Shown: piece after piece, positions 20,097 through 30,135 of the stretch
How positions within the stretch are numbered: the first letter of the stretch is position 1
Layout of the letters: each line of letters opens with the position of its first letter
Assembly: GCA_028694105.1 (NCBI GenBank)
Contig: JAQUUC010000005.1
Span: forward strand, 37,700 to 101,699
Origin: Hespellia sp.
Lineage (GTDB): Bacteria; Bacillota; Clostridia; Lachnospirales; Lachnospiraceae
DNA length: 64,000 nucleotides
Direction of reading: 5' to 3'
Translations under genes and position numbers: made by a program
The notes under the pieces: generated by a model
Told to the model about the DNA's origin: nothing
Databases searched by the model: none
What the model saw: only the letters and a program-made list of their open reading frames with translations

Positions 20097-20726
20097 ATGG
20101 GAAAAGTACAGGATAATAAGCAGATCAAATTGGATGCCTTATTTAAAAGTGCTTACGATCTATTTATGAATAACGGAATTGAAAAGACATCGATTCACGA
20201 TATTGTGAATAAGGCAGGTGTTGCCAAAGGCACCTTTTATTTATATTTCAAAGATAAGTACGATATCCGCGACCGTCTGATTGCGCAGACAACAGAGAAA
20301 CTTTTTATGTCGGCATATCACGCATTATTATTGGATCAGCTGCTCTATCCAAAATTCGAGGACAAGATTATCTTCATTGTTGATTACATTCTTGACCAGC
20401 TCAACACGAACAAAATGATATTGCGATTTATTTATAAGAATTTAAGCTGGGGGCTTTTTCGAAAAGCAATTTTCAATGACAGCCTGACGAATGAGATTAA
20501 TTTTATGGATTTTTATCATAAGATGTTAGAAGAAAATCCAGATGTGACCTTGAAAAATCCTGAGATTATGCTCTTTACCATTATTGAGCTTGCAAGTTCG
20601 ACCTCCTACAGCACAATCTTGGATGGTGAGCCGGTATCCTATGAGGAGATGAAGCCTTACCTGAACGAAAGTATCCGTGCTATTATTCACAACCATATTA
20701 TCAGTGAGTCGAATTTTACGCAGTAA
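20097..20726 (+). CDS. TetR/AcrR-family transcriptional regulator
   Basis: N-terminal HTH ...TSIHDIVNKAGVAKGTFYLYFKDK. Divergent from the MMPL gene. Confidence 0.93.
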   Translation: MGKVQDNKQIKLDALFKSAYDLFMNNGIEKTSIHDIVNKAGVAKGTFYLYFKDKYDIRDRLIAQTTEKLFMSAYHALLLDQLLYPKFEDKIIFIVDYILDQLNTNKMILRFIYKNLSWGLFRKAIFNDSLTNEINFMDFYHKMLEENPDVTLKNPEIMLFTIIELASSTSYSTILDGEPVSYEEMKPYLNESIRAIIHNHIISESNFTQ

Positions 20727-20728
20727 CA

Positions 20729-20771
20729 GATAAAGGCTATATCACCGCCACTTCGGGATATAGCCTTTATC
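20729..20771. terminator. Hairpin between convergent tetR and punA
   Basis: gataaaggctatatc...gatatagcctttatc, a 15-bp perfect stem. Confidence 0.75.
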
Positions 20772-20774
20772 GTT

Positions 20775-21614
20775 CTATTCACCTGTTCCTGTTGTTTTGA
20801 TGAGTGCTGTGATCAGTGTCTTAAACTGAATCGCTACACGGTCTGCAGTCTTCTGCACTTCCTCGTGGCTGAGCGGAGTTTTCGTCATTCCACATGCCAT
20901 ATTTGTTATACATGAGATTCCACAGATCTGCATTCCCATATGATTTGCAGCCATCGCTTCACATGCCGTACTCATGCCAACCGCATCTCCGCCAAGCGTT
21001 CTGCACATCTTAATTTCACTTGGTGTCTCATATGCCGGACCGGTAAACTGCACATACACACCCTCCTGCACCGGAATATTCAGATTGTCGGCAATTCTCC
21101 TGATCGTCCTTCTTAGCTCTTTATCGTATACCGCGCTCATATCAGGAAATCTCGGTCCCAGCTCATCCGGATTTGCACCGATGAGCGGACTCGGAATAAA
21201 CTGTGTAATATGATCCTTAATGATCATGAAGTCTCCCGGTGAATAATCATAATTGACGCCGCCTGCCGCATTAGTCAGGATTAATTTCTTCGCTCCGAGC
21301 ATCCCCATTAGTCTGGTGGGAAGAACCTCCTCCGACATCGGATAGCCGTCGTAATAATGCACGCGGCGCTGCATGATCACCACCGGAACGTCACCGACAT
21401 ACCCAAATACAAACTGACCCTTATGTCCCGGAACCGTGGAGGTCGGAAAGCCTTCTATCTCATGATAAGGAATCTTTTTTTCAATCTTCACATCCTTTTC
21501 ATCGGCATAATTTCCAAGACCCGAGCCCAGAATCAGTGCGGTCTCTGGTCTGAAATCCGTCTTCTCCCGCACACTTTTTAAACACGTTTCCAGTTTTTTA
21601 TATACATCATTCAT
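20775..21614 (-). CDS. punA: Purine-nucleoside phosphorylase (trimeric class)
   Basis: ILGSGLG, TNAAGG, GPAYETPSE, GMST, ITNMA. The QGRxHxYEG motif reads QRRVHYYDG here. Confidence 0.9.
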   Translation of the reverse strand: MNDVYKKLETCLKSVREKTDFRPETALILGSGLGNYADEKDVKIEKKIPYHEIEGFPTSTVPGHKGQFVFGYVGDVPVVIMQRRVHYYDGYPMSEEVLPTRLMGMLGAKKLILTNAAGGVNYDYSPGDFMIIKDHITQFIPSPLIGANPDELGPRFPDMSAVYDKELRRTIRRIADNLNIPVQEGVYVQFTGPAYETPSEIKMCRTLGGDAVGMSTACEAMAANHMGMQICGISCITNMACGMTKTPLSHEEVQKTADRVAIQFKTLITALIKTTGTGE

Positions 21615-22063
21615 TTACAAATTTCTCCTTTATCCGGCAAACAGCTATCCAGACTAAATCCCATCGGCAGCAATTCTTCCAGCGTCACAATCTGATATTC
21701 CTCCAGATTTTTTGCAAGAATAATCTGAAATTTCTGTGGATTGCAGAATTCCATCATCACCTGCCGGCACACGCCGCAGGGTGCACAATAATCACCTTCC
21801 CCTGCTTTTTGTCCTTCTGCATTTCCAACAATTGCGATCGCCTGAAACTCCCGTTCCCCCTCCGATACCGCTTTAAAAAATGCAGTTCTCTCCGCGCAGT
21901 TTGTGGGTGAAAATGCAGCATTTTCAATATTGCAGCCCTGATAAACAGTGCCGTTTTTCGTGAGCAGCGCCGCTCCGACCTGCCAGTGCGAGTATGGTGT
22001 ATAGGCATTTTTCTGTGCCTGATATGCCTCGCTAATTAGTTGTTTGATTTTTTTCTCATCCAT
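21611..22063 (-). CDS. cdd: Cytidine deaminase
   Basis: PYS..VGAALL, NIENA, CAER, PCG.CRQ. Confidence 0.95.
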   Translation of the reverse strand: MDEKKIKQLISEAYQAQKNAYTPYSHWQVGAALLTKNGTVYQGCNIENAAFSPTNCAERTAFFKAVSEGEREFQAIAIVGNAEGQKAGEGDYCAPCGVCRQVMMEFCNPQKFQIILAKNLEEYQIVTLEELLPMGFSLDSCLPDKGEICK

Positions 22064-22095
22064 ATCGTTTTATATTTCCTTTTCCGGCCGCTGTG

Positions 22096-23274
22096 TCATT
22101 TCATGATTTCAGCCCGAAAGCTCCTTCCATCGGTTCGATTCGAAACCTCCATGATCTCCACAATCGTTGCCGCAATGTCTGCAAATGTCTTCCTTGTTCC
22201 GATTGACACATTTTCCCGGATATCTTTGCCGTATGCAAGGAACGGCACACATTCCCGCGAATGATCGGTCCCCTTAAATCCGGGGTCACATCCGTGATCC
22301 GCCGTAATCATCAGAATATCCGCATCACGCATATTCTCCATGAAAGTACCCAGCTGTCTGTCAAATACGGTTGCCGCATCTGCATATCCGTCAATATCAT
22401 TTCGGTGTCCGTAAAGCATATCAAAATCGACAAGATTCACGAAACAAAGTCCTTTGAATTCTGTCTGAAGCATCTCTATGGTCCGGTTCATTCCATCCTC
22501 ATTATTTATGATACGCTGTGTATGCTGTATGCCTTTTCCTGCAAAGATATCATAAATCTTACCAATCCCATAGGTCTCATAACCCGCATCCGTCAGCAGG
22601 TCAAGCATCGTATCCTTCGGTGGAACCAGCGAAAAATCGTGGCGGTTGGCGGTGCGGGTGAACGTTCCGGATGTGCCGGTGAACGGTCTTGCAATCACCC
22701 GTCCGACTCCAAGCTCACCGGTCAGCATTTCCCTTGCAATCTCACAGTCACGATATAATTCTTCTAATGGAACAACCTCCTCATGTGCTGCGATCTGGAA
22801 CACGCTGTCCGCAGAAGTATACACAATCAGGCTTCCGGTTTTCATATGTTCCTCTCCGTAATCCCTGATTACCTCCGTTCCGGAATATGGCATGTTACAT
22901 AAGATATCCCTGCCGGTTTTCCTGCGAAACTTCTCCAGCAGCTCTTTTGGAAATCCGTGTGGAAATGTAGGCAGCGGCTTCGATGAAATCACACCTGCAA
23001 TCTCCCAGTGTCCAATCGTTGTATCTTTTCCCTGAGAACGCTCTGTAAGCCGTCCGTAAGAACCGATTGTCTTTCGCTCTTTTTCCTTACACTCCACACC
23101 ATCAATATTGAACAATCCGATTTTTTTCAAATTAGGGGTGTCATATCTGGACGATTTTGCGATTGTTGCAAGTGTGTTACTCCCTTCATCGCCAAATCGT
23201 GCTGCATCCGGTGCATTACCGATCCCAAAGCTGTCTAACACAATCAAAAAAATCCGTCTGTCAATCATTTCCAT
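22096..23274 (-). CDS. deoB: Phosphopentomutase
   Basis: IVLDSFGIG, GKDTTIGHWEI, GRVIARPF, NLVDFD..YGHR, TADHGCDP. Confidence 0.95.
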   Translation of the reverse strand: MEMIDRRIFLIVLDSFGIGNAPDAARFGDEGSNTLATIAKSSRYDTPNLKKIGLFNIDGVECKEKERKTIGSYGRLTERSQGKDTTIGHWEIAGVISSKPLPTFPHGFPKELLEKFRRKTGRDILCNMPYSGTEVIRDYGEEHMKTGSLIVYTSADSVFQIAAHEEVVPLEELYRDCEIAREMLTGELGVGRVIARPFTGTSGTFTRTANRHDFSLVPPKDTMLDLLTDAGYETYGIGKIYDIFAGKGIQHTQRIINNEDGMNRTIEMLQTEFKGLCFVNLVDFDMLYGHRNDIDGYADAATVFDRQLGTFMENMRDADILMITADHGCDPGFKGTDHSRECVPFLAYGKDIRENVSIGTRKTFADIAATIVEIMEVSNRTDGRSFRAEIMK

Positions 23275-23298
23275 TCTTTCCCTTCCATTCCACCAGTT

Positions 23299-23937
23299 TT
23301 ATAATTTTGAATATCCAAATCCATTTACCATTGCGTCAATCTTCTGCCCTGTCCTGCACATTGGACAGTCGTGAGCCGGATACGCCGCGTAATCCGGAAT
23401 ATCCTGATTTCCAAATATTGTCACAACCTCCATCCCGGCTACCTTCGTAACATTACTGAAAACTGCACAGATTCCGCATACTTTTCCGCCATAATAAAGA
23501 ACCGCATCAATACCTTTCGTGATAATGGAACCGGTCACGAGCATATCCGTCAGAACAATGACCTGCTGTCCTTCCACCAATCTCCGGTTATTATCGCGGA
23601 ACATAATCTGGCCCATCTGATTAAATTCAGGTGTAACGACAGAAATATTCATTCCTTCATTCACCGAGCCACGGAAATGATCCGACAATTCTTCCGCCAT
23701 AAATGTTCCAATAACCTGCGTCTCGCCCATACACACAATTGTGCTGACCGGAATGTTCTCATAAGAAGCAGCCAGCGTCTTTGCTGTCTCACGCGCATTA
23801 TTGTGGCGGCACTTCACCGTCGACATATCAATGTACGTATTCACATGCGCATTAGTCGTAACGAAATGTCCATTCATATACTTGATACGTGCCTTAGGGT
23901 TCTTTTCTGATCTCAAATCCTGTAATCTTGCTTCCAT
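23299..23937 (-). CDS. Type I phosphoribosyltransferase-fold protein (PyrE-like, degenerate PRPP loop)
   Basis: GHF.T...H...YID resembles PyrE. PRPP loop reads VIVLTDMLVTG. C-terminal CPMC. Start set at ATG 23937. Confidence 0.7.
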   Translation of the reverse strand: MEARLQDLRSEKNPKARIKYMNGHFVTTNAHVNTYIDMSTVKCRHNNARETAKTLAASYENIPVSTIVCMGETQVIGTFMAEELSDHFRGSVNEGMNISVVTPEFNQMGQIMFRDNNRRLVEGQQVIVLTDMLVTGSIITKGIDAVLYYGGKVCGICAVFSNVTKVAGMEVVTIFGNQDIPDYAAYPAHDCPMCRTGQKIDAMVNGFGYSKL

Positions 23938-24058
23938 AGTATGCACTTCCTTTCTTGAATGCTATCCGTAGTATTGTTATTTTTATTGTATCACAACCGA
24001 AAAAAAATGTATATGGACTTCATTCGTTCTCCAATCCACTTCTGGAAGGACTGGGCTA

Positions 24059-24343
24059 TTTGGTGCAAGTTGGAGTGAGTGGATTTCGGGCGTGTGCTGT
24101 GGATAAGGGCATTCATTGGAGCTTTAGAGTTGTTTAAAAAATAAGAGACGATAGATTGAGGGGACACATGTATTTCAAATACATGTGTCTAGTGATGTCC
24201 AGAGTAAGAATCATCAGATTCTTGCTCGTATCATCACGGTACTCAACCTATCGTCTCTTATTTTTCTAGCAACTCTTAGCGTCCAATTACAGCCCACAAA
24301 CACAGCACACGCCCGAAATCCACGGACTCCAACTCACACCAAA
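24059..24343. repeat. 285-bp fold-back element (102-bp imperfect inverted arms around two internal hairpins); REP/MITE-like or structured ncRNA
   Basis: Arms 24059-24160 and 24242-24343 align without gaps, 83/102 identical by manual count. Inner 13-bp perfect inverted repeat gacacatgtattt-c-aaatacatgtgtc at 24163-24189 and a second hairpin at 24192-24237. Confidence 0.85.
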
Positions 24344-24353
24344 AAACTCTAAC

Positions 24354-25388
<1,035 letters not shown>

Positions 25389-25475
25389 CTAATCATTGCT
25401 GCCGGATCTATGCCGGCATGAAAATAATTTTGTATAGTTAAAGGCTACGAGCCTCTAGCTTACGTTGTCCGACTG

Positions 25476-25985
25476 TCAGTCTAAATATGTAACATTCTTG
25501 GTGCCTCGTTCAAGAGCCGTGATTCCGGTTCTGGCAAGTTCCAAAATCTCATATCCTTCCAACAGTTCCAAAAACGCATTCAATTTCAACTGATTACCGG
25601 TAAGCTCAACCATGAGTGAATCCTGATCCACGTCAACGATCTTCGCTCTGAAAATATCTGCTACAGAAATAACCTCCGACCGGCGCGCTGCATTGACACG
25701 TACCTTGACCATCATAAGTTCACGGAATACAGACTGGTCTGCATCCAGAAGTTTAATCTCCGCCACATCCTCAAGCTTTCGGACCTGTTTCTCAATCTGA
25801 GCCAGAATCAAATCATCTCCGGTTGATACAACGGTGATTCTTGAATACTTCGGATCCGCGGTTGTTCCTGCTGTAATACTGTCGATACTATAGCCACGTC
25901 TGCTGAATAATCCGGCAATCCGGCTAAGTACTCCGGGATTATTGTGTACTAATAAAGAATATACCTGTCTTCTTACATCGCTCAT
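25476..25985 (-). CDS. ilvN: Acetolactate synthase small (regulatory) subunit
   Basis: LVHNNPGVLSRIAGLFSRRGYSIDS ACT domain and ELARTG. Start set at ATG 25985. Confidence 0.93.
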   Translation of the reverse strand: MSDVRRQVYSLLVHNNPGVLSRIAGLFSRRGYSIDSITAGTTADPKYSRITVVSTGDDLILAQIEKQVRKLEDVAEIKLLDADQSVFRELMMVKVRVNAARRSEVISVADIFRAKIVDVDQDSLMVELTGNQLKLNAFLELLEGYEILELARTGITALERGTKNVTYLD

Positions 25986-26032
25986 AACTTTCTTCTCACT
26001 TTCTTCAAAAACAGAGTGCGTTCTGTTTTTAT

Positions 26033-26061
26033 ATAGTATCAATTCATCGCATTTTTGTCAA
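26033..26061 (-). promoter_or_regulatory. SigA promoter for ilvN-ilvC
   Basis: TTGACA-17 bp-TACTAT with an extended -10 TG. Confidence 0.75.
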
Positions 26062-26118
26062 GTGTCTTTTATATCATTTCTTCAATAAATTTGATTAAAT
26101 TTAATCAAGTGGATTCTT

Positions 26119-27918
26119 TTACTTTTTTTGTGCATCAATTCTGTCGTTCAGGTCATTCAAATAGAGCCACCGGTCCATTTTTTCTTCCAGCTCAGCTTCC
26201 GCCGCAGTTTTTTCTTCCATGAGTTCGTTGAGCTTTCCATAATCACTTGCATTCTTCGCCACTTCCTCTTCCAGCGAAGAGATCTTAGCTTCCAAAGCAG
26301 CTATCTCATCATCAATCACTTCAAATTCCTGTTTTTCTTTATAACTGAACTTCAAAGTCCGCTCTGTTTTCCATGAATCTGTTTTCAGGTCATTCCCGGC
26401 TGACGAATCGGAGGAGGAATGTTCCACTCCAGCCTCCGGTCTTATCAGCAGATAATCGGAATAGCCGCCCTCATATTGATGGATGGCTCCATCGCCCTCA
26501 AACGCAAAAATTCTGCGCACAATACGGTCCAGAAAATACCGGTCATGAGATACCGTAATTACAATACCGTCAAAATGATCCAGATAATCTTCCAGAATCG
26601 TCAGTGTCTGAATGTCCAGATCATTGGTCGGCTCATCCAGAATCAGTACGTTCGGCGCACTCATTAAGACACGAAGCAAATACAGTCTTCTCTTTTCTCC
26701 GCCGGATAGTTTTCCAATCAGAGCGTACTGCATAGACCCCTCAAACAAGAATCTCTCCAGCATCTGCGAGGCAGTAATCATGCCATCGGTCGTCTGAATA
26801 TATTCCCCTACCTCTTTCATATAGTCGATCACACGGATAGAATCATCCATGTATTCATTCTCCTGAGAGAAATATCCGATGCGAATTGTCTCACCGATTT
26901 CAATCGTTCCACTGTCCGCAGGAACCACACCTGTGATAATCTTAAGCAGGGTGCTTTTACCGCAGCCATTTTCACCAATGATACCGATACGGTCATTTTT
27001 CAGGAAAATGTACGTAAACTCTTCCATCAGCTTCCGCTCGCCATAAGCCTTGCAGATCCCCTCAAGTTCAATGGTCTTCTTTCCCATTCGCGATGAAACC
27101 GAATTCATTGTAACCGAAGAATCCGTCTCCGGGGCCTTTCTTTCCTGCATCTGTTCAATACGCTCGATATGTGCCTTCTGTTTGGTAGAACGGGCTCTTG
27201 CCCCGCGGTGGAGCCACTCCAGTTCCGTGCGAAGCAGACTCTGCCTTTTTCGCTCAGTCGCAAGTGCCATATCCTGACGCTGTGCTTTGAGTTCTACAAA
27301 TTCCGAATAATTGCCCGGGTAGGAATAAATTTTTGCACGGTCAATCTCATCAATTCTGGTCGCAACACGGTCCAGAAAATATCGATCATGGGTTACCATC
27401 ACGATTGCTCCCTTAAATGCAATCAGATACTCCTCCAGCCAGGATGAAATCGCATTATCCAAATGGTTGGTAGGTTCATCCAGAATCAATATCTCTACAG
27501 GCGCCAAAAGAGCGTTGCCTAAAGCAACCCTCTTTCGCTGTCCTCCTGATAAATGTTCTACCTTCTCATCATACGACGGAAGCTCCAGCCTCTGAATCAT
27601 TGCTTTCGCTTCACTTTCGATAGACCATTCATTCATCTCGGTTCTATTATCTTTTAGAACGGCCTGCAGGATCGTTGTTCCCGGCTCAAACTCCGGAGTC
27701 TGTGGAAGATAGCGCAAATGCACCTGATTTCCCTTCGTCACACTTCCCTCGTCTGTGTTCTCCATACCGGCAACTATTTTCAGCAGCGTCGATTTACCAG
27801 TTCCATTGATCCCAACGATCCCAATCTTCTCATGCTCATTGATACTGAAATTCACCTGATCCAATAAGACACGGTCGGTAAATGCCTTGGTCACATTTTC
27901 CATGGTTAATAAATTCAT
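26119..27918 (-). CDS. ABC-F family ATPase (Uup/YfmR-like)
   Basis: Two NBDs ([14 protein letters not shown] and [14 protein letters not shown]), no TM segments, C-terminal coiled coil. ATG overlaps the galE stop (ATGA). Confidence 0.92.
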   Translation of the reverse strand: MNLLTMENVTKAFTDRVLLDQVNFSINEHEKIGIVGINGTGKSTLLKIVAGMENTDEGSVTKGNQVHLRYLPQTPEFEPGTTILQAVLKDNRTEMNEWSIESEAKAMIQRLELPSYDEKVEHLSGGQRKRVALGNALLAPVEILILDEPTNHLDNAISSWLEEYLIAFKGAIVMVTHDRYFLDRVATRIDEIDRAKIYSYPGNYSEFVELKAQRQDMALATERKRQSLLRTELEWLHRGARARSTKQKAHIERIEQMQERKAPETDSSVTMNSVSSRMGKKTIELEGICKAYGERKLMEEFTYIFLKNDRIGIIGENGCGKSTLLKIITGVVPADSGTIEIGETIRIGYFSQENEYMDDSIRVIDYMKEVGEYIQTTDGMITASQMLERFLFEGSMQYALIGKLSGGEKRRLYLLRVLMSAPNVLILDEPTNDLDIQTLTILEDYLDHFDGIVITVSHDRYFLDRIVRRIFAFEGDGAIHQYEGGYSDYLLIRPEAGVEHSSSDSSAGNDLKTDSWKTERTLKFSYKEKQEFEVIDDEIAALEAKISSLEEEVAKNASDYGKLNELMEEKTAAEAELEEKMDRWLYLNDLNDRIDAQKK

Positions 27919-28931
27919 GATCTGTATCCGTCCGGATTCATAGACTGCCATTTCCATGAGTCTGCACACATCTCTTCGATGCCACGCTCAGCCACCCAGC
28001 CAAGTTCATTCTTTGCATTTGCAGGGTCTGAATAGCACGTTGCAATATCTCCGGCACGTCTTGGTTTGATTTCATAAGGGAGTGTTTTTCCACATGCCTT
28101 CTCATATGCATGAAGAATATCCAGTACGCTGTATCCAACGCCTGTGCCAAGATTGTACACATTCACGCCCTTGGTCTCTTTCATTTTCTCAATTGCCTTT
28201 ACATGTCCGATGGCAAGATCGACAACATGGATGTAGTCTCTGACACCAGTTCCGTCCGGAGTATCATAGTCATCACCGAACACACCGAGGCTCTTTAATT
28301 TGCCGACTGCAACCTGTGCAATATAAGGAACCAGGTTGTTCGGGATTCCCTTCGGATCCTCTCCGATTCTTCCCGACTCATGTGCTCCGATTGGATTAAA
28401 GTAACGAAGAAGCATCACATTCCACTCCGGATCTGCTTTTGCAATATCCATCAGAATCTGCTCCAGCATACCCTTTGTCTGTCCGTATGGGTTCGTAATC
28501 TCGCCCTTTGGACAATTCTCTGTAATCGGAATCTCTGCCGGATCACCGTACACCGTTGCCGATGAACTAAATACAATGTTCTTGCATCCGTGGTTTCTCA
28601 TCACATCACAGAGAATCAATGTACCTGTAATGTTGTTATGATAATATTCCCATGGTTTCGCAACCGATTCTCCAACTGCCTTCATACCGGCAAAATTGAT
28701 GACTGATTCAATGTTCTCTTTCTCAAAGACTTCTTCGAGATCTTCACGATTCAGACAGTCTCCTTTATAAAATTTCAGATCTTTTCCGGTCAGTTCTTTG
28801 ACACGGTCCAGAGACACCTCACAAGAATTTGAAAGGTTATCAAATACAACCACTTCAAATCCTCTGTTTAACAATTCAATACAGGTATGACTTCCAATAT
28901 AACCTGCTCCTCCTGCAACTAAAATAGCCAT
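27915..28931 (-). CDS. galE: UDP-glucose 4-epimerase
   Basis: [44 protein letters not shown]. Confidence 0.97.
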   Translation of the reverse strand: MAILVAGGAGYIGSHTCIELLNRGFEVVVFDNLSNSCEVSLDRVKELTGKDLKFYKGDCLNREDLEEVFEKENIESVINFAGMKAVGESVAKPWEYYHNNITGTLILCDVMRNHGCKNIVFSSSATVYGDPAEIPITENCPKGEITNPYGQTKGMLEQILMDIAKADPEWNVMLLRYFNPIGAHESGRIGEDPKGIPNNLVPYIAQVAVGKLKSLGVFGDDYDTPDGTGVRDYIHVVDLAIGHVKAIEKMKETKGVNVYNLGTGVGYSVLDILHAYEKACGKTLPYEIKPRRAGDIATCYSDPANAKNELGWVAERGIEEMCADSWKWQSMNPDGYRS

Positions 28932-29102
28932 GATAAATCCTCCTTGTTCGTCTGATTATAATCTTGTGCTTTCATATAATGCTTTATTGCTGATTGCCTG
29001 CATACATTTCTAGTATACCATGCTTTGCAAATTCATGAAATGCAATTTATTTCCATATTTTATGCAAAATCACCTGATTTTTCAGCAATCTGCTATGTTA
29101 GT

Positions 29103-30023
29103 CTATTTCCACAGATATTTCGGATACAGCCCCTGCGCTTTCATTTCTTTGATCGCTGCAACAACAACAGGTTTATCTTCTTTATATGTAACACCGTACC
29201 ATCTGTCTGTAGACTTGAGCACCTCTACGGTCGCCTTATCCTCTTTCAGGAGCTGATCCACTACACTTGGAAGGAAATATTCACACTTCATTGGATTCGT
29301 CTTCAGATTCTCGTCAAGGAATTTTGGAAATCTGTCCTTTAACTCTGTCAGGATACTCTTCGTGAAACCAAACATATTCATAGACACGATCGATTCCGGG
29401 GAAATACGTTCCCACGTCTTTCCGTCATCCTCCGTAAATGCGGCACCGTCTGCTGTCTTTTCGATATGAGTACGCTCTACGATATTTGCAAGAAAACCAT
29501 TCTCATCGGTCTCGCAGACACCACGCGCAACATGTCCATTCTCTGTCAGTGTGTTCTTTAAAATATAACCAACCATTGTATACCGGTATTTCTCATCATC
29601 CTCGTGTGTAGACAGATAATCATAGATAATCTGAAGTGCATGCTGTCCATAATAATCGTCCGCGTTGATGACGGCAAACGGACCATCCACAGTGCCAAGA
29701 CAGCTTAAGATTGCATGTCCCGTTCCAAATGGTTTCACGCGTCCCTCCGGCACTTCATATCCTTCCGGAATGTTGTGCAGATCCTGAAATACATACGACA
29801 CGTCCATCTGCTCGCTCATGCGGTCACCGATGCTTGCTTTGAAATCTGCTTCATTTTCTTTTTTTATAATAAATACAAGCTTCTCAAATCCTGCTTTTTT
29901 CGCATCGTAAATACAGAAGTCCATGATAATATGTCCCTGCTCATCCACCGGATCAATCTGCTTCAATCCCCCATATCTGCTTCCCATTCCTGCCGCCATG
30001 ATTACTAATACTGGTTTATTCAT
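29103..30023 (-). CDS. Sugar-1-phosphate nucleotidyltransferase (NTP_transferase/GT-A fold)
   Basis: MAAGMGSRYGGLKQ, KPFGTGHA, INADDYYG. Confidence 0.85.
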   Translation of the reverse strand: MNKPVLVIMAAGMGSRYGGLKQIDPVDEQGHIIMDFCIYDAKKAGFEKLVFIIKKENEADFKASIGDRMSEQMDVSYVFQDLHNIPEGYEVPEGRVKPFGTGHAILSCLGTVDGPFAVINADDYYGQHALQIIYDYLSTHEDDEKYRYTMVGYILKNTLTENGHVARGVCETDENGFLANIVERTHIEKTADGAAFTEDDGKTWERISPESIVSMNMFGFTKSILTELKDRFPKFLDENLKTNPMKCEYFLPSVVDQLLKEDKATVEVLKSTDRWYGVTYKEDKPVVVAAIKEMKAQGLYPKYLWK

Positions 30024-30135
30024 TTTCTTACCTCCATTTTCCTATCTTAGGATATACCTATTACCCTAACTCTGTCCACATTTTTTCCAAAGAATCGTAT
30101 GAACTACAAATGAATGACACCTTCCGTTGTATTTT

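Noticed and set aside
23955-24137. 60-aa ORF overlapping the fold-back element
   Set aside because: No RBS or motif. It is a by-product of the repeat sequence.
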